64,000 nt of DNA from Leptogorgia sarmentosa (Eukaryota), in the NCBI GenBank assembly GCA_964658305.1, contig OZ210885.1, forward strand, positions 8,618,001-8,682,000, written 5' to 3'. A program made the position numbers and the translations under genes. Every line of letters starts with the position of its first letter. The first letter of the stretch is position 1. Of this stretch, positions 38,201 through 53,200 are shown piece by piece. The notes beneath the pieces are model-generated. The model had not been told where the DNA came from, did no database searches, and saw only the letters and a list, made by a program, of their open reading frames with translations.

Positions 38201-41200
38201 CCTGAATGCAGGAAAACGTAAATAATCCCCCAAGGGGCTAAATAGAGGAAATACGGTAGTTTTTCTTGAAGCTGCTTGAAAAGTTAATTTCGCAATACGT
38301 GTTTAATTGGATTTTATACAAAACAAATTTCCTTCTCGTTTAATAAGAATACATACTGAAATACGCAGTCGTAATCAACATTTAATTTGGGCCGCAAAGT
38401 TCTAAAAGTTTGTTGAAGTTATTTCCTAATTTTATGATAATATAAGTGTTAAAACTAAGTTTAACTTCTGAAAAGTCTAAAAAGTTATTTCCTGAGGAAA
38501 TATTTGAGTACCTAAATTTATAATTGCTATTTCAACCTATATCCATACTATGTACTGTAAAGTTACTGAAAAGTCTAATGAAAGATCGTAAGAACTCTGC
38601 GTCGGTGCAATTACTCAAAACCAGAGTGTAACAGTACTGAACAGTACGTACGCTGTAGCATGTACCGCAATGGGAAATTTTCATTGCTGCATTGCTTCAT
38701 CATTATTAGTTTGCACATGTATTCATACTTATGTTTGGGAACATAACTGTGTTTAACTGCTCTTAACTGTTGCCTAACTGCTCTTTCATGTCAATGATAG
38801 CTGTGAAAATTGACTGATTAAATTCAATTATTATCACATTTATTCAAGCAACTAACCTACCAAGTTCTAACAGTACAGCACAATGTTTGTCACAACAATT
38901 ATAAAACAGGTCTAACTATATCAATTTTGTCTGTTGGAATAAGAGGATCTGAGGTCAAGATGGACAAGATAAGTCAAACGACACCTGGTTATATATCTTG
39001 GCAATGGACAGTATATCTAAAACAATATTACTTCACAAACAACATTCATGTTTCCATTTGTTACTATTCAGGCTTCCATTTGTTACTTTATCTATATAAT
39101 TTCATAAGTTAAAAACAAATGGTATAAAATGCTGTCATATTCTGTTGTCAGGTTGTAATTCAATTCATTCTCCTGTAATTGAATTCTATTATATATTGTA
39201 GTTCAACTCGATATGTGTACATTAATTAGATACATGTGAAACGGCTAGAATTGTTCTTGGTCGATATACATGCAGTATCCCTATGAAATGCATTTCAGAG
39301 CAGTGGCGTAGGATGGTGGGGCACTTGGAAGGAGCCCCCCTAACATGCGAGTAGTGTAGCCAATCAAATTGCAGCATTTGCAATAGTATACGAGTATGAT
39401 TCTACTAATAGCGTTTAGACCTCTTGTAAGTAATAATAGTAGAATCATACTCGTATACTATTGCAAATGCTGCAATTTGATTGGCTACTCTACTCGCTAT
39501 CTACTCTTCAATAGATAGCGAGTAGCAAACATGTGAATTTTCGTTAAAGAAAATGTCTTCTGAGACGCGTTTTTAAATAATTTTTTGCAATATTTTCATG
39601 TTTGATCTCTGATTCTACTAAAACAATTAGATTACTCGCTCTCGATTTCTACGAGATGATAGTTGATTCGGGCTTCGCCCTCATCAACTATCACCTCATA
39701 GAAATCTCAAGCTCGTAATCTAATTGTTAAATAAAATATACAATACCCGGCGTAAATGCCAAGTCTTTCGAATCTACTTGTACAGTATCACAATTTAAAC
39801 ATTAAGGTCTGCGACACAGGGTAATCAGTTGAAATATATACACACACAGGCAAATTGTCTCAAAGTATATTAAGAAAGCTAGCATAGATAAATCTAATGG
39901 CCATTTTAAAATACTCTTAGCATATACAAATACAACCAGCATAGGCGTACGAGGCGGGGGGGCTGGGGGGGCTGCAGCCCCCCCCAGCTTGGATTAAATG
40001 GACAATTTTTGGGCAATATATTTCGATTTTTGGGCAATATATTTAGGTTTTTCGGGCAATATATTAAAATATTCCGGTTTTTCGTCAAATATGTTCAAGA
40101 AAATTGAACATACCTAAAATCTTTCATGGCATAACAGCTGTTTCCACACGTACTAATCTCCAAAAAATATTTGTCGAGCGGGGAGGGGGGGGGGAGGGGG
40201 GAGGGGATTTAGAGATGTTTGGAATATTTTTTCGGCAAACTGCCCAGCCCACCCAAAATAACTTGGTCCCGTACGCCTATGACAACCAGCCTAAAAATTT
40301 GAAAGAAATCAGAAAGTCCTAAAATAGTGCTTGTACATGAAAGCACTGGCTACCACCATACTAACAATTACGGAAAGACATTGCTTTCTTTCTAGGCATA
40401 ATTTTTAATTACAATATTAGAATGCTGTTGCAAGCAGGTATTTTTGTGCAACAATTGGGAAAATGTATTCCAAAACATGATATTCCCCACCAATCATTGC
40501 TTTATTGAACCATTAAGGAAGTTTATAATAAATAATATGTTTTACCCGAATGAAATAACAAATATAATTCAGAAGAGACTCTATTGAGGTAAGATCTTCA
40601 AAAAGTTATGAAATATTAACTCATACAGTATTACATACCTGTTGCGACAACACATTCCACCCAATCTGTATGGCCAACCAAACTGGCCTCAAAATTTAGT
40701 GTATCGGCTTTCCACAACTTGATAGTCTCGTCAGGATATCCAACAGTAGCAATGAACTGTCCATCTTTGGTCGTACACAGCGACGTGACTCTCTCAGGAA
40801 TACTTGTTGAGAGGTTTTCTCCGGTAGATACACAATACACTTTCAGCCCTACAACGCATGATGGATACTCGTCAGACTGATGTTTCAATAATGTCTAACC
40901 CTAGACGATTTTTTGAAATCTTGTTTTTAATTGTGTCCCTCTCCGGCGCTGAACATGCTCTGGCTGTTGCTGGCTTATGTTTTTACACTGCGTTTCACTG
41001 CGCTCTACACGACGTTTACAGTTAACCGCTGGTTTGAAGATACGCAGTCGCTGGAATCCTCAAACGGCAAACCAGCTGTTGCAATTATTGTTCGAATATG
41101 AACAATTTGTACTTTTGGCGAAGGTTGAGAGGTGCTACTCAAACAGACGTATCTGGTTTTCCCAGGAAATCATTTTACTGCATCTACGTTGTAAAACTGC

Positions 41201-44200
41201 TGTTCCTGGCATCAAACACAAAAAGAATTAGTGAACATGGTCCAATCACACGATACTATGCCGTTTGTAAATTTCATAAACCCACCCTCTACCATAGCTA
41301 CATTGTTGTCAAATTGTATGCATTGTAAAGGGCATCCATACCAGTGGTACTGTTGGTAAAACTTGGTTACAGATCGCGAAAGTTACATCCGTGAAGCAAG
41401 GGCCATGTATGGCAGTTGGGCTTCGTTCAAAATAATGAAAATATACTTTGTTTTCAAATGTAGTCGATTATGTACAACAGGTTACAGGTACGAGTTCAGA
41501 TAAAATGGTTGAAATGTACGAAGGATTAACAATGAGCTCTCTTTCTCTCCAACCCGTTTCCGAAAGTTGAAATACAAATTTTTAATTCTTTTTTTTCCAC
41601 TGAGTATATACCGCACGAAATAAAGACAAACACCATTGAAATCCTAGTAAAATGATCTTTCGAACGGTGGGTCGCATGTTAGTTAAACACAACACAAAAA
41701 AAAATAAAGATTGATCGTCGGAAACGTAAGGCATTAGCATCTATCTGAGAAAAACAGAGTCCAATATGTTGAAATCCATGTCCTTATTTCTCACTGAAGC
41801 AGCATATTCATGAAACCTGTTTTATGTTCGTGTTATTTGCACATATAAAAACATTTTTACAAGCTTTTCTGTAATTGTCTGTAATTGTCGGAAATTTCCG
41901 CACGCGCACGGCATTTACTAAAACAGGATAAATCAGGTTGCGCAATAGTCTGAAACATGTGGAAAACATGCCTTTGATTACGTAGGGTGCGTTATTCGTA
42001 TGTTTTTCAGTCTTGGATAAACTCACTTCTGGTTTATTCGCACACGACATAAAAAACACGACAGGTGTCCCAGGAATTTCGCCCTCCCCCCAGCCAATTA
42101 TAGTCATAGGGCGAATTCGACCTAAATTAATATGGTGTTGGAGAGAAAGAGTACTTTTCGTAAGTAGTACATTTCTTTCTAAAATGTATTAACGATTATG
42201 CTGCACGAATCTGACTAAATGCTTCTGAATTTCACATATTCGCTACGAAGCACAAGTTGAATACATACAGTGAATATTTAACTCACTGTGATGACTGCGT
42301 CGCTATTTAGAGTGTACTCCCACTCAAATATGGAACGTTACGTGAAACCCAAGAACTGAAGCGATATGCATCAATCCGCTTCATAAACGTTCTTGTATTA
42401 AAATGTGAAGCCAATTTTTTTAGTAAATAGCGATGTACACAGTGGGGTAACTACTAGGGGCCCAACCTGGCCGGGGGCCCTGGGAAGAGGTTACTTCAGG
42501 GCCGTGGTTAATGTGAAATTCAAATAATTTTTATTGAAACTGAAGATGCAAAAAAGTTCGAAGTTAACAAAATGTTTGATATCATTGAGTAGCTGAAACA
42601 ATTTTGTTGCCTTTTAAAATGTGCTTGGATGTTGACAGTATATTAATTGTTGTATATTACAGTCGAACGTTTACTGTTGTCATTGTTCCTGCTTTATAGG
42701 AGATTATTTTAGTGTGCTTCTTTTTACGGATGTTTTTTGATGCAGTAGAGATGTTAAATAGCTATAATATGTTCTGTAAGAAATAGCAGAATTCAAATGC
42801 AAATAATATGCAGAATTCAGGAGAATATTTCGTAGAGTTAGCATTATGATAGTAAAAATGTGAAGCTAAGAGGTATAATAAAGAGGCCATCCACAACAGT
42901 TCAACCGAGTGCCGACACTGAAGATTTACGCCATTGAATTTGCAACGTAAAACAAACATTTTGTGAGTCAAGTATTTTCATTTCAAGAAAAAATAATTAT
43001 TTTAATTTAATAACAGATATTCCAACATTGAATTTGGTACCGGCGGGGTAACATATTTCCGAAAGTACATGACCATTTGCGGAGTTATTTGACAAACATA
43101 GTATGAAAAGGATTTAATTTTTTCTCTAATGGCATCGTTGCTGGCGTTCCTTCAGAAACAAAATCGTATCTCTTATCGAAACTCGCGCACTTTAACACTG
43201 ACTTTTAAGCAGATGGAAGTCGAGAAAACGTTTATGCAGATTTTCTTTTACCGATTCTGAACAACATTTTAATGTCCTTGTTTGGCTTGTGTTTAAGATG
43301 CTTACCGTCTTTTGTTCCAATAAACACTCGCTGATCATCTGCACTGAAATCCAGGGCATTAACTTCACTCTGCCCTTGGAACACAAAAAGCTGTTCATAA
43401 TTATCCATTCTCCAAAGGATTGTACTTTCGTCCCCCGACCCCGACGCTAGTATTGTTCCACTTTGTGACACAGCCAAACAGGTAACAACGGTAGAATGTC
43501 CCAGTAGTTGTTGAACTTCTCTACCTGTTTATAAAATAAGATAGCACGTACATAAAAGGGGGTAATAGGTAATTTTCACTCACATCGTTACTACATTGGC
43601 AGTATTTTTCAAAACATTGCGGCGATAAAATAAATGATTGAGATAAGTAACTACAGTAACTAACCCATCAGCTACACTCTGTTTACACCGCTAACTTCCA
43701 TTTATACTATTACGTCCCTATAGCAACTTAAACAGCAATGTAAGCGATAGACAAACACCGAAACGATCTTCAATACTAAAAACAAAATAACTGTAATTTT
43801 GCGGAATTTACTGTGGCGTGTTTTACAGGCGTGTGTTTTCATTCGTTACTTCTTGGGATTTCATAAAAGTATGCCCTCATCTTTGTTGTGCAAGTCCATA
43901 GATATAGGTATCGAGCCAACTTGAACGCTTGGGTAAGACTCGCTACCGGTCCCTGTTGCCTCGATAACTAAAGTGGTAGAGTAACGGTCAATGCCGAACA
44001 GTTTACTGAAACTTATAATATATTTACTAGTGTTTAAAATTTAGTGGCTGATGTTGGTGGTAGAAGAGAAAGTAGATAATTGGAAAGCATGCATGAAGCT
44101 ATAAACAGGAAATATTCTATACAGCGAATACCAATGATTGCACAGGAATGTTTTCCTACTTGTATTTGTAATTACTGAACTTTCACATTTAAAACTTTCA

Positions 44201-47200
44201 CTTTTTAAAAATGGCAGATATCATTTATGCACACGATTTCTTAATAATTGTATGTTTTATTGTTTAGAAGAAATAATATGTCACTCTGTCCGAATTGATT
44301 TTTATACTTTGATTAATATGTTGCAGACAAAAGCATTCCCTCCAGCCATTTGTGAGATTTTTAAATTTTTTACCCAGTAATCATTGATCCAGAAATGACT
44401 GAATTAATTTTTATCCCAGCGTAAATCTGGATGAACATGTCTCTTCAAGTTTCCAATCCAAATTTCAAATATCATAATATGACGACGACTACCGTACATG
44501 ATTGGCTAATTTTCTAATGAATTATCAATTACTTCACTTTAACCTTTGTTCCCTCACACATAACAACTGCATATTAACTATATTCTCTTTCAATGAATAA
44601 CCAAGATCAAAGCTTTTGTTTAGCTAAAAAGGCATGTATGAAGATGTTTAAAATAGAGTCATAGTATATACGCTACAATTCAATTTGTCAGCTTCCAAAA
44701 CTGAAACTTTTCTCAAAAACCGGGGCAGTGGGCTACAGGCACTGAGATATAATATTACTGGAGAGAGTGCACTCGACTTTTTCCATACAAAGGGGTGAAG
44801 CCAAAAACATGACGGATTTTCCGTTGCTGACGCCACTGGTTCTTATTTCTCATATAATTTCCACTGACCAACAGCGGTCTCATGTTTCCGACCGACGATT
44901 TTCCCTCTTTGTTTTTGTAAAAAAAAGCCGAAATTTTGTTTTTAGCTATATTGAAAAAATCAAGACATAAAGGCCGAACTTTTGCAAGGCTGAAAAGGTT
45001 TCACAATCCTTATAAGAAAGCAGAGTTATTTGAACCAGAAAGGTAAATGTAATCCTTTTTTATGCAAAAAATTGAATAAAATATTTTCTAAAACGACTAC
45101 CTTTCAAGTTTCAAATGGGAATTTCGAGGTCTGAATATCTGTGTCGCTTCATTTTTAACTAACTAGAATAGATGTCGCTACTTCTTCAGTCGTCTTGAAG
45201 GTATCAAGAGGATATGATATATCAAATGATATCAGAATGTCAAAAAAGGAAGAAAACCGAAATATCCTTTGCAAAAACCAAAATATTTTCGCCAAAACAA
45301 ATCCTTAGTGGGCTCAAAGTTAGTTGTGGTCAGTGGTGCTCCAATGAATCCACGCCATAATTTTGGCTTCACTTTTTGATGCCGTGCACTCTCTCCAGTA
45401 TTTCTTTAGCTCAGTGGCTACAGGTCTAAAAAATTTGGATAATTATCCGTGTAACGAAATGAGATTTGGATGGCGTAATATTATTAATACTTACTTATTT
45501 GCGCGAAATATGACGTGTGTATACAGTGGTTTATTTTACACTGCACCATTGATTTAGCTGAACCCGTGTAACTGTTTCTTGAAAAAATTCCAACATCTAT
45601 TTCAAGCATAAAAAGGTCAGCACTCATTTTCGAGCTGAAATTTAGACCACGTCGTCGAGTTTGTGGCGTTGTAGATTTTAAGGTCCCTACTATTAATTAT
45701 TGGACGACGTCGCACGAAATACCGCGAGTTATCGTTGGCGAGCGGATCAATTATTTGCCGATTCCGAAAAGAGAAGCACGTAATTAATCTGAGAACAACC
45801 GATATATAACTGAAGCAAAGCATAGCCACATTAACTAGGGTGATACGAAGCATAATGGGACGAGCCCTGAGGCCAGTGAGCTCCATGAGATTATATATAG
45901 CGCCGTAAATTTCCGATGTAACATGTACTTTAATAAACTTTTTATCTACTTAGTTCATTATCAGCGCTAACGAAAACAATTGAAGCTGAAGGCTAGTACA
46001 ACGTTTCTTGACAAGTGGGGATTTTGCACTGCAAAGTTTTGTTAATTAATAACGTCACCCGACTGGCTTTGCGAAATTGAGAGCGATTTCAAATTTGCTC
46101 AGTTTTTTTATACACGTATATCGCGCAGCCGCTCAACTTGCATAACTCAGAACTGATGATTCTTTCAAATGTGAGTGAGGATATGGTTGCACATGTAATT
46201 ACAATTACAAGAAGAGGCGCATTGAATCTGTGTTTTATCCCTTTTCCGGACCGACGATCGGTCAAAAAACTATTGAAAACCCCAAACCTTGCCATTAGTT
46301 TTATCCACAGTACGTTACCACACGGTTACCTACCTGTGTCAAGATCAAAGATTGTGATTGAACCATTCTCTAAACCACAAATTACAAGAGTAGCGGATGG
46401 AGTATTGGACGTCGCTAATGAGTATACCCTTGAAGCAAACGTTTTTCGAAAGATCTCAGGGCCTCCAAGATCTAAACATGAGAATTCCGGTATAAGACGG
46501 CATGTCTCCGTGCATGTTGCACGGAGTTGCTCTAATAGCGTCTTTATCCCCGGATACTCTTCATAAGATAGCAGTCTGCCTGGAAAACAAAAATACACAA
46601 CAGTATTACTGCACGTATATAACAAATTCAGAAAATTTAAAATAGCATTTAAAGATGAAGACAATTTCTGACCGGGAAAAAATAAAAACTGAACAACTAA
46701 CGGGGCTATCTGATTGTACTAGCTATATATATCTGTTTCTTGATTATTAATATAATAGGTTCTTAAAATTCATCATATGAGTTCTTTTCTAATTTCTAAA
46801 GGAAGTTTTTGATTGTTTTAACAAAATGTTCGTTCCCGTTCAGTGAATTTCATATGAAGGGGACATAAAGTAATATCAAAGTTTGAAAGTGAGACATTGA
46901 AAAAACGTTTTTGAAAGGTTTGCAATTGCATGTTAAAATGATGTTGTATTCTGTTTTATATTGTGGCAGTAAAAAGATAAGTAATTTATTTTATGATAAC
47001 GGAACGAGTATTTATGAATTGATTTATTTCCGCATATGTTACACTGACAAGGGTTAATTCTGCTATATACCAGCAGTTGTCATGCTTAGTTCCTAGTTAC
47101 AATTTTGTCATCAGAACCAACGATTAACAGAGTATAGTATGGACTATTGCTAACTTGATTAAGTTAGCAATAGTCCATAAATATCGACTTCAGCTCTGGG

Positions 47201-50200
47201 AAGAATAATCCTTCTTAGGTCGTGTCTTCAATTGTCAAACTCGTTTTGAGACAATCATTCTTTGCATGAAACTTTGTATAGGCTTCAGAAATTGCCACAT
47301 GTTAGTATTTGCAGGTTTTTGAATCACATTTTTGTGGTATCTTGTAGAGAGAAAATTGTACCAACATGATGATCTTTGAATGAAATTAAGCTTTTTATTC
47401 TACGCCTTTTGTCTTATAAATGTGCTCATTAAATAAACCGACTTTTTCATGGGAATGTCTAGACGGTTCACGATCACATTTTCTAGCATGTCGCAAATGT
47501 TTTATACATCATGAGCACTTTTGTTGATAAAGGTTAACCTTTTATATTCGTATTAAAATCATTGTTACTTAGCTGTAAACTAGCATCGGATGTTGTTTTT
47601 GAATACTTGTGATTGACCTTTGATGCATTTTCAAGGTCATCTGAACTTTTGATTCATACAAGTAAGCGTCTCATAAGCGTAATTGTTTCATATATAGCAT
47701 AGTTTCTCGATTACACAAGGCTCGCTGGCAAGGGAGGCGCGTGGTGATAACACGTTGGCTATCTCCTCGCCGTTTAATTTCCTCGATTACATAAGGCTCG
47801 CTGGCAAGTGAAGGGAGTGGTGATAACACATTGGCTATCTCCTCGACGTTTTCCTCGATTACATAAGGCTCGCTGGCAAGGGAAGCGAGTGGCGATAACA
47901 CGTTGGCTATCTCCTCGCCTTTTACTTTTAAAACCAGCTCACTGACGAGTCAAGAGGTTTTCAGAAATGTCGTAAGGTTTGCACTTCATTTTCTTCGATC
48001 GTATACTAACAACTCTGTGTGTTGGCACGAACTCATATGACGTTGTGCGACAGCCACATTGATACGATCGATCAGCCAGCTAATTATTTTCAATACACGC
48101 AGCGTGTTGTGCACGTGTTATGGTTTTATAATGATCTTTGGCAACTTACTCAACTGAGTGTACTTCCATATTTAGTGAGCCATGCAATCACTTTGAATTA
48201 CCCAAAGCATGCTTTACACGTGCTATACGAGGTACTGCGTCATGCGTAGACGCACATAATGTGACGATTTTACATTTGCTGTAATTACAGCGTTTACATT
48301 TTGTGGCCTTGTGGTAGTCAAACATTGTTAACCACTTCACTGATTGACGGCCCCACTCTAAGCGTTCGCCATATGTTGTGTAGAAATTTTAATGCCCGAA
48401 TGAATGCTGAGTTTGCAATTTTTGCAAAAATTGCAATTCCGGAGGGGCTTTCCGGCATTGTGTACTCTAACTTGTGGGCTTCTTCACCTATAGCTTACTT
48501 TTCTATTCATTAGAGTAACTGCAAACCATGATGATCAACGATTTATAGCTACAATTGCATAATTTTTGTAAGGATATCAGTCAATTGTGGAGTTTGTACA
48601 TGGGAAGATTTTGGAAAGCACCCCCCATGCCCCCTCCCCCATCGAGTTTACACTATGAATGAATGACTGATGTGAATTTTCCCCACTCATCAAAATAATG
48701 CCAAATTTCTTCGAAACTTTGCACAAAATAGTGAGGCAACTTAAACAAATCATAGAAGAATGAGACAAATTAAAGTTCATTATTTGAATTACCTAGGAGT
48801 TGAGGACAGATAGAATCTGGGTTTTCGTTGATGACATCGGCAGAGAACATTAACGAGGATTTGAGAAGTTGGATTTCCTCCGATTCTGTGTCCACAAAAC
48901 GAAAATCTGATATTACTGAGAATACGCTGACGTGTTTCGCTTTTTGTTTGAGCCAGTGTAGATCAAACAGCAACTGGAGTAGTTCACCATGTCGTCCCGA
49001 AGAATAAATGTGATAGGGTAGGTACTTGAAATAATAGTCTTTTTGGCAGGTAGTTGAATTATCATTCCAGTCACCATCCACGCACAGGCCACGAAGTGTC
49101 TTTACGAACTTATCCTGAACATCATTTAGTGTACCCATGTCTTGAAGTTTTGTCTGCGCAAAATCCAAAAGCAAGTCATGGACACGATAGCTTTTCTTTC
49201 CGTGGAGTTCAGGCCCTGAAATTGATCGAAATGTTAGGAAATTTGTACTAGAGGCGGACAATTTTTGAAATCTCAAAATCGCCGTTGAGTAGTATAGAAG
49301 GAGTTGTGCTATCAGGTTTTCGTAAATACGAAATGGCTTAGTCACAATAAGAATAATTATTGGCTATATCGAGCCAAGAATAATGCAATATCTGTAAAAA
49401 GACACATAGACTTAAGGTAGTCTTGGTAAAACTCCTAACTTCCTAAAAAGCAAACAATATTTTTTAATTTACATGATTCGCCTTATTATTACAAAACATC
49501 AAAAAATCCACTTGATCCACTTTGCAACCTGTATTACTGGTTCACTGACTGTTGTAAATTTTCGTGACTAATGACAATACTGCAAAGTGAACTTGGCACT
49601 GAAGATAAAAAATTTTCGGAGGATGTGCAGATCAAAACCGTTAAAAGATAAAACTGTACCTTTTAAGATCAGCGACTTTCTCTCGAGCACAGCAAGTATA
49701 TCTTTGTGTTTCTGAGGTTTGCGCGAAGTGTTTCCATTCTGGTTCTGTATCGAACACCACAGCAGCTCGAGTACATCTGACGGTATATCTGTATCCTCTG
49801 GAAATATAGCCAAATAAAGAAACATCTCGCGTACACTTTCGTCTAGGCGTTGGTAGCTCACATCAATGACTGCTAAGAGGTTATCATAAGGATAATCGAC
49901 TTTGGGAAATAATGAACGAATTCTCTCCAGGTCAGCATTTTTAAGATCATCTAAAACATCCTCCCAGTCTTGTTCCGCACGAGTGTCCGTTAAATTTGAA
50001 CCCACCAGTGACAGAGCCAGCGGTAAACCTCGACACTGCTCTAACAGGTCTGCAATAATTCGCCGTAAGTTTGGCGTTAACTGTTCGTCTGGACTTATCC
50101 CAGCGCTCTGATACAACAGCCCTCGGGATTTATCTTGTGGCATAATAACAAGTTCGTACTTAGTAATTCCCGAACCGCAAAGAACAGTAGCATCTCTAGT

Positions 50201-53200
50201 TGTTATTAATAATTGGCATTTGCCAGATAAGCAATTGAATACAGCAGCGTCGTCCACCTTCCAAACATCATCAACAACAACCAAACAATCTTTATCCATC
50301 TAAAAATGAGTTGAAAACTAGCTCAGAAATCGTATCTGTTAACTGCATTCAATAAAATTTACAACTCTTACTGGCCAAGGACTTCAAAGGCTCGCTTGCA
50401 ATTTTTTAGTGGCATTTTCTGGCCTTTCTGATATATGAGGCACATGTTCATAGGTGGATTTATGACGAATGTTCTGATTTTATTATTTCTGACTTCCGCA
50501 ACTGGTTTACTCTTTCACCTCTATCAAAGCGGAAATAATAAAAATCGTACTAGAAATAGCTGCAAAAATTGCAGTGTAAAAGAGTCCGAACTGCCAATGC
50601 ATGATATGAATGAAGTTTTTTAAAGAACTGAGAAAGTAGAGGTAATATTTATTATTTATAGACCCGGAGGCAATATGAAGCAAATATTTCGACCATTAGT
50701 CAAGCCACATCAGTCGTATGCAAGTATATATTGTTTTCGTTTCACAAGAATGTACGAGTTAAGAATTGTGCTTTGTTTACAAATAGTTACACGAGCTGGC
50801 AGTACAACGCACGAGAAATTTTCAATACTGAACGAGGCGAAGCCGAGTTAAAATGCTAACTTTGTTTTAAAAATTAAAGACAATTAATAAAGCTTACCGC
50901 CCTGTGCATGTGGTCGTGTCAAAGAAAAGACTTGGGAGAATTGCAACTATTATAGCTTTAACGTCCATCTAACATCAGACTTCTACATTTAACGTCGCTT
51001 TAATTTACGTTTACCAACGCTGTACCGGATATATTTTTCTGTATTCGTGCAAGTTGGCTATTCGAGCTTAGTGGCGTCCCCAGAGCCGATAAGTGGGGTG
51101 GACATATTCATAAATTCGTGTTGGCAGACCATAAAAACAATCGATTTCAAAAGAAATTAATTGTGCAAAACACGAATATATGAATATGTCCACCTCACTT
51201 ATCGAGCTGGGGACGCCACTGTTCGAGCTACATGCCATTAAAAATCGTCCCTACCTTGAAAATAGCGCTATCACATTTTATCACAAACATTAAATATAGC
51301 ACACCATACATACCGTGTATTTTCTTAACCAAGATTGCGCTGCAACAATATCACTGAACGACACATCTCCACCAAGGACTCTGACGAGGGTGTTAATCAG
51401 TTTCAAGCGATCAGGTGTTTGACCAATGTCAAGCCAGACAACTTGACGAGATTTTGAGACATCCCAGGCAACAGCTTGGGCTAACACCGTCTTACCGAGG
51501 CCTCCCATTCCACGGATACCAACGTCGCCACCATGACGTCCAACAACACCCACTTTGTTTCCCTGCTTGAGTAACTCCAATATCTCGGTTACTTCCGATG
51601 GCCGTTCTACCATGTGAGGAGGTAGATTGCGTAATCCATACGGAACTAGAATATCGAATAAAAAATATAGATGATAATTTTGAAATCACTCTGCTGCACG
51701 CTTCAAATAATTGTGTATACCAGAATGCATATTTGCCTAATTTCACCTTTGAACATTAATTTCGTTAAATATTAATTTTACGTCGCTCAGGCAGTAAAAT
51801 CTCTTGCTACATGTGGTTACTGAAGTGAGTCTAAACTTTATTCAAAATTTCCCAAGAAAAGCTATTTATAGTGTGCATTACAATTATTGATGAGAAGTTT
51901 GTGGCTGTTCCTGTTCGGAAGTTTATGCGTGCGCGCGCAGATGGTGCTAATTGGTACAGTGTTTCCTCACCACCTGTACTGCAGGGTGAGAGAACTTGGA
52001 GTACGGTATGATTTTGAAGTGCTGTCCACTGGGTGCAGTGGTGATATACAGATATGTAATATCAAACTACCATTCCTAATCATCGAGGTCATTCGTGAAT
52101 ACTATATCGAAATTGCATTCGAAACCATGCTAATATGTGGCTATACAAATAAGAATTAGACATTCTAGGGTATGATTCGGCTTCTGGACAGCCTACGTTT
52201 CATTGTATATATCGCGCAACGTCCATTTCAGTTGAAGCTTTCAAATCATGCTATAGAATATAGCTATAAACATCATTTACAGCATGGATTTTTAGAAAGT
52301 AGTGCAAACGAATAGTGACATCTCGGCAATCAGAGCCTCTAAAGTCACAGAAGTGGCAACCAGCAAGCTGACCAGTCTCTTCATACAAGTTACATAACTT
52401 TGCCGACAGAACACTTTTCCCAACGCCGGGACCTCCATTTAGGATCATAACTCTCGATTTCGTATCGTGAAGCCGTTTTTCAAAGTCGTCAAAGAACCAT
52501 TGTCTGGTCCCTTCTTGAAATTTTCGAATCAGCTGGTCAATCTTTCCATTAAATACAAATTTAGTTAATTTTTCAGAAGATTTTTCTACCACAGTTCGCA
52601 ACTTGACAACTTGACTTTCAACATTGGCTATATTGAATCTCCTATTAACGAAGCATTTTAGGACTTAAATCAAAAGAAGAAGCATTTAACTACTATGAGC
52701 AACATTTAAGCATTCTTGTCGCAATTGAGCGGCGTCAACTTTTCACGAGCGTTTTTTATTTGGTTGTGGCCTACGCAGTTAACCCGGCCAACATTAAAAT
52801 TCATTTTTAGTGATGATGAGTGCGACAGCGCGTACTGCACTGCCAATGCTTTCGGATTCCCACTAAATCTGGGAAGTGTTAGAAGACATATTGTATTCCT
52901 GTTGCCGTTTACTCTAACGAGATATTTTCCTACAAGAAATTCTTAGAAACAGAACGTTGAAGACCGGGAAGGTTCGATCGTAGGGGACAAATTTTGAAAA
53001 TTGAATGGCTGCCTGATACTCTGTAAATTTCCCTGCATAATATATTCTGCATAAATAGTTTCCCATCTTTCCTAGTTAATTGAAACACTACCTTTTTTCT
53101 CTGCAAAATCTGAATGCTCCGTCCACGGCTTTTTCTGACGACATTCGATTTCATCTGTTTTCTCCGCCAGACGTTTAAGCTCCATTGAGTTCTCAGCTGC

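Noticed and set aside
40849..41205. Longer WD40 exon from the acceptor at 41206, which would make the gene a pseudogene
   Set aside because: That frame has four stops; an internal phase-1 acceptor (exon start 40848) restores a clean WD40 repeat (GTKD-G-LKVY), so no disruption needs to be invoked.
43950..43990. tRNA gene (GCCTCGATAACTAAAGTGGTAGAG)
   Set aside because: Only a 5' A-box-like fragment with no anticodon or T arm; at most a SINE remnant.
47706..47917. CRISPR-like or coding repeat (ORF 47671..47901)
   Set aside because: Three full-length tandem units without unique spacers; the ORF is a by-product and has no phase-compatible role in the gene.
52251..52601. Independent intact NACHT gene or functional tandem double-NTPase
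   Set aside because: Only Walker A is present; the frame runs into unrelated sequence and a stop, with no convincing donor.
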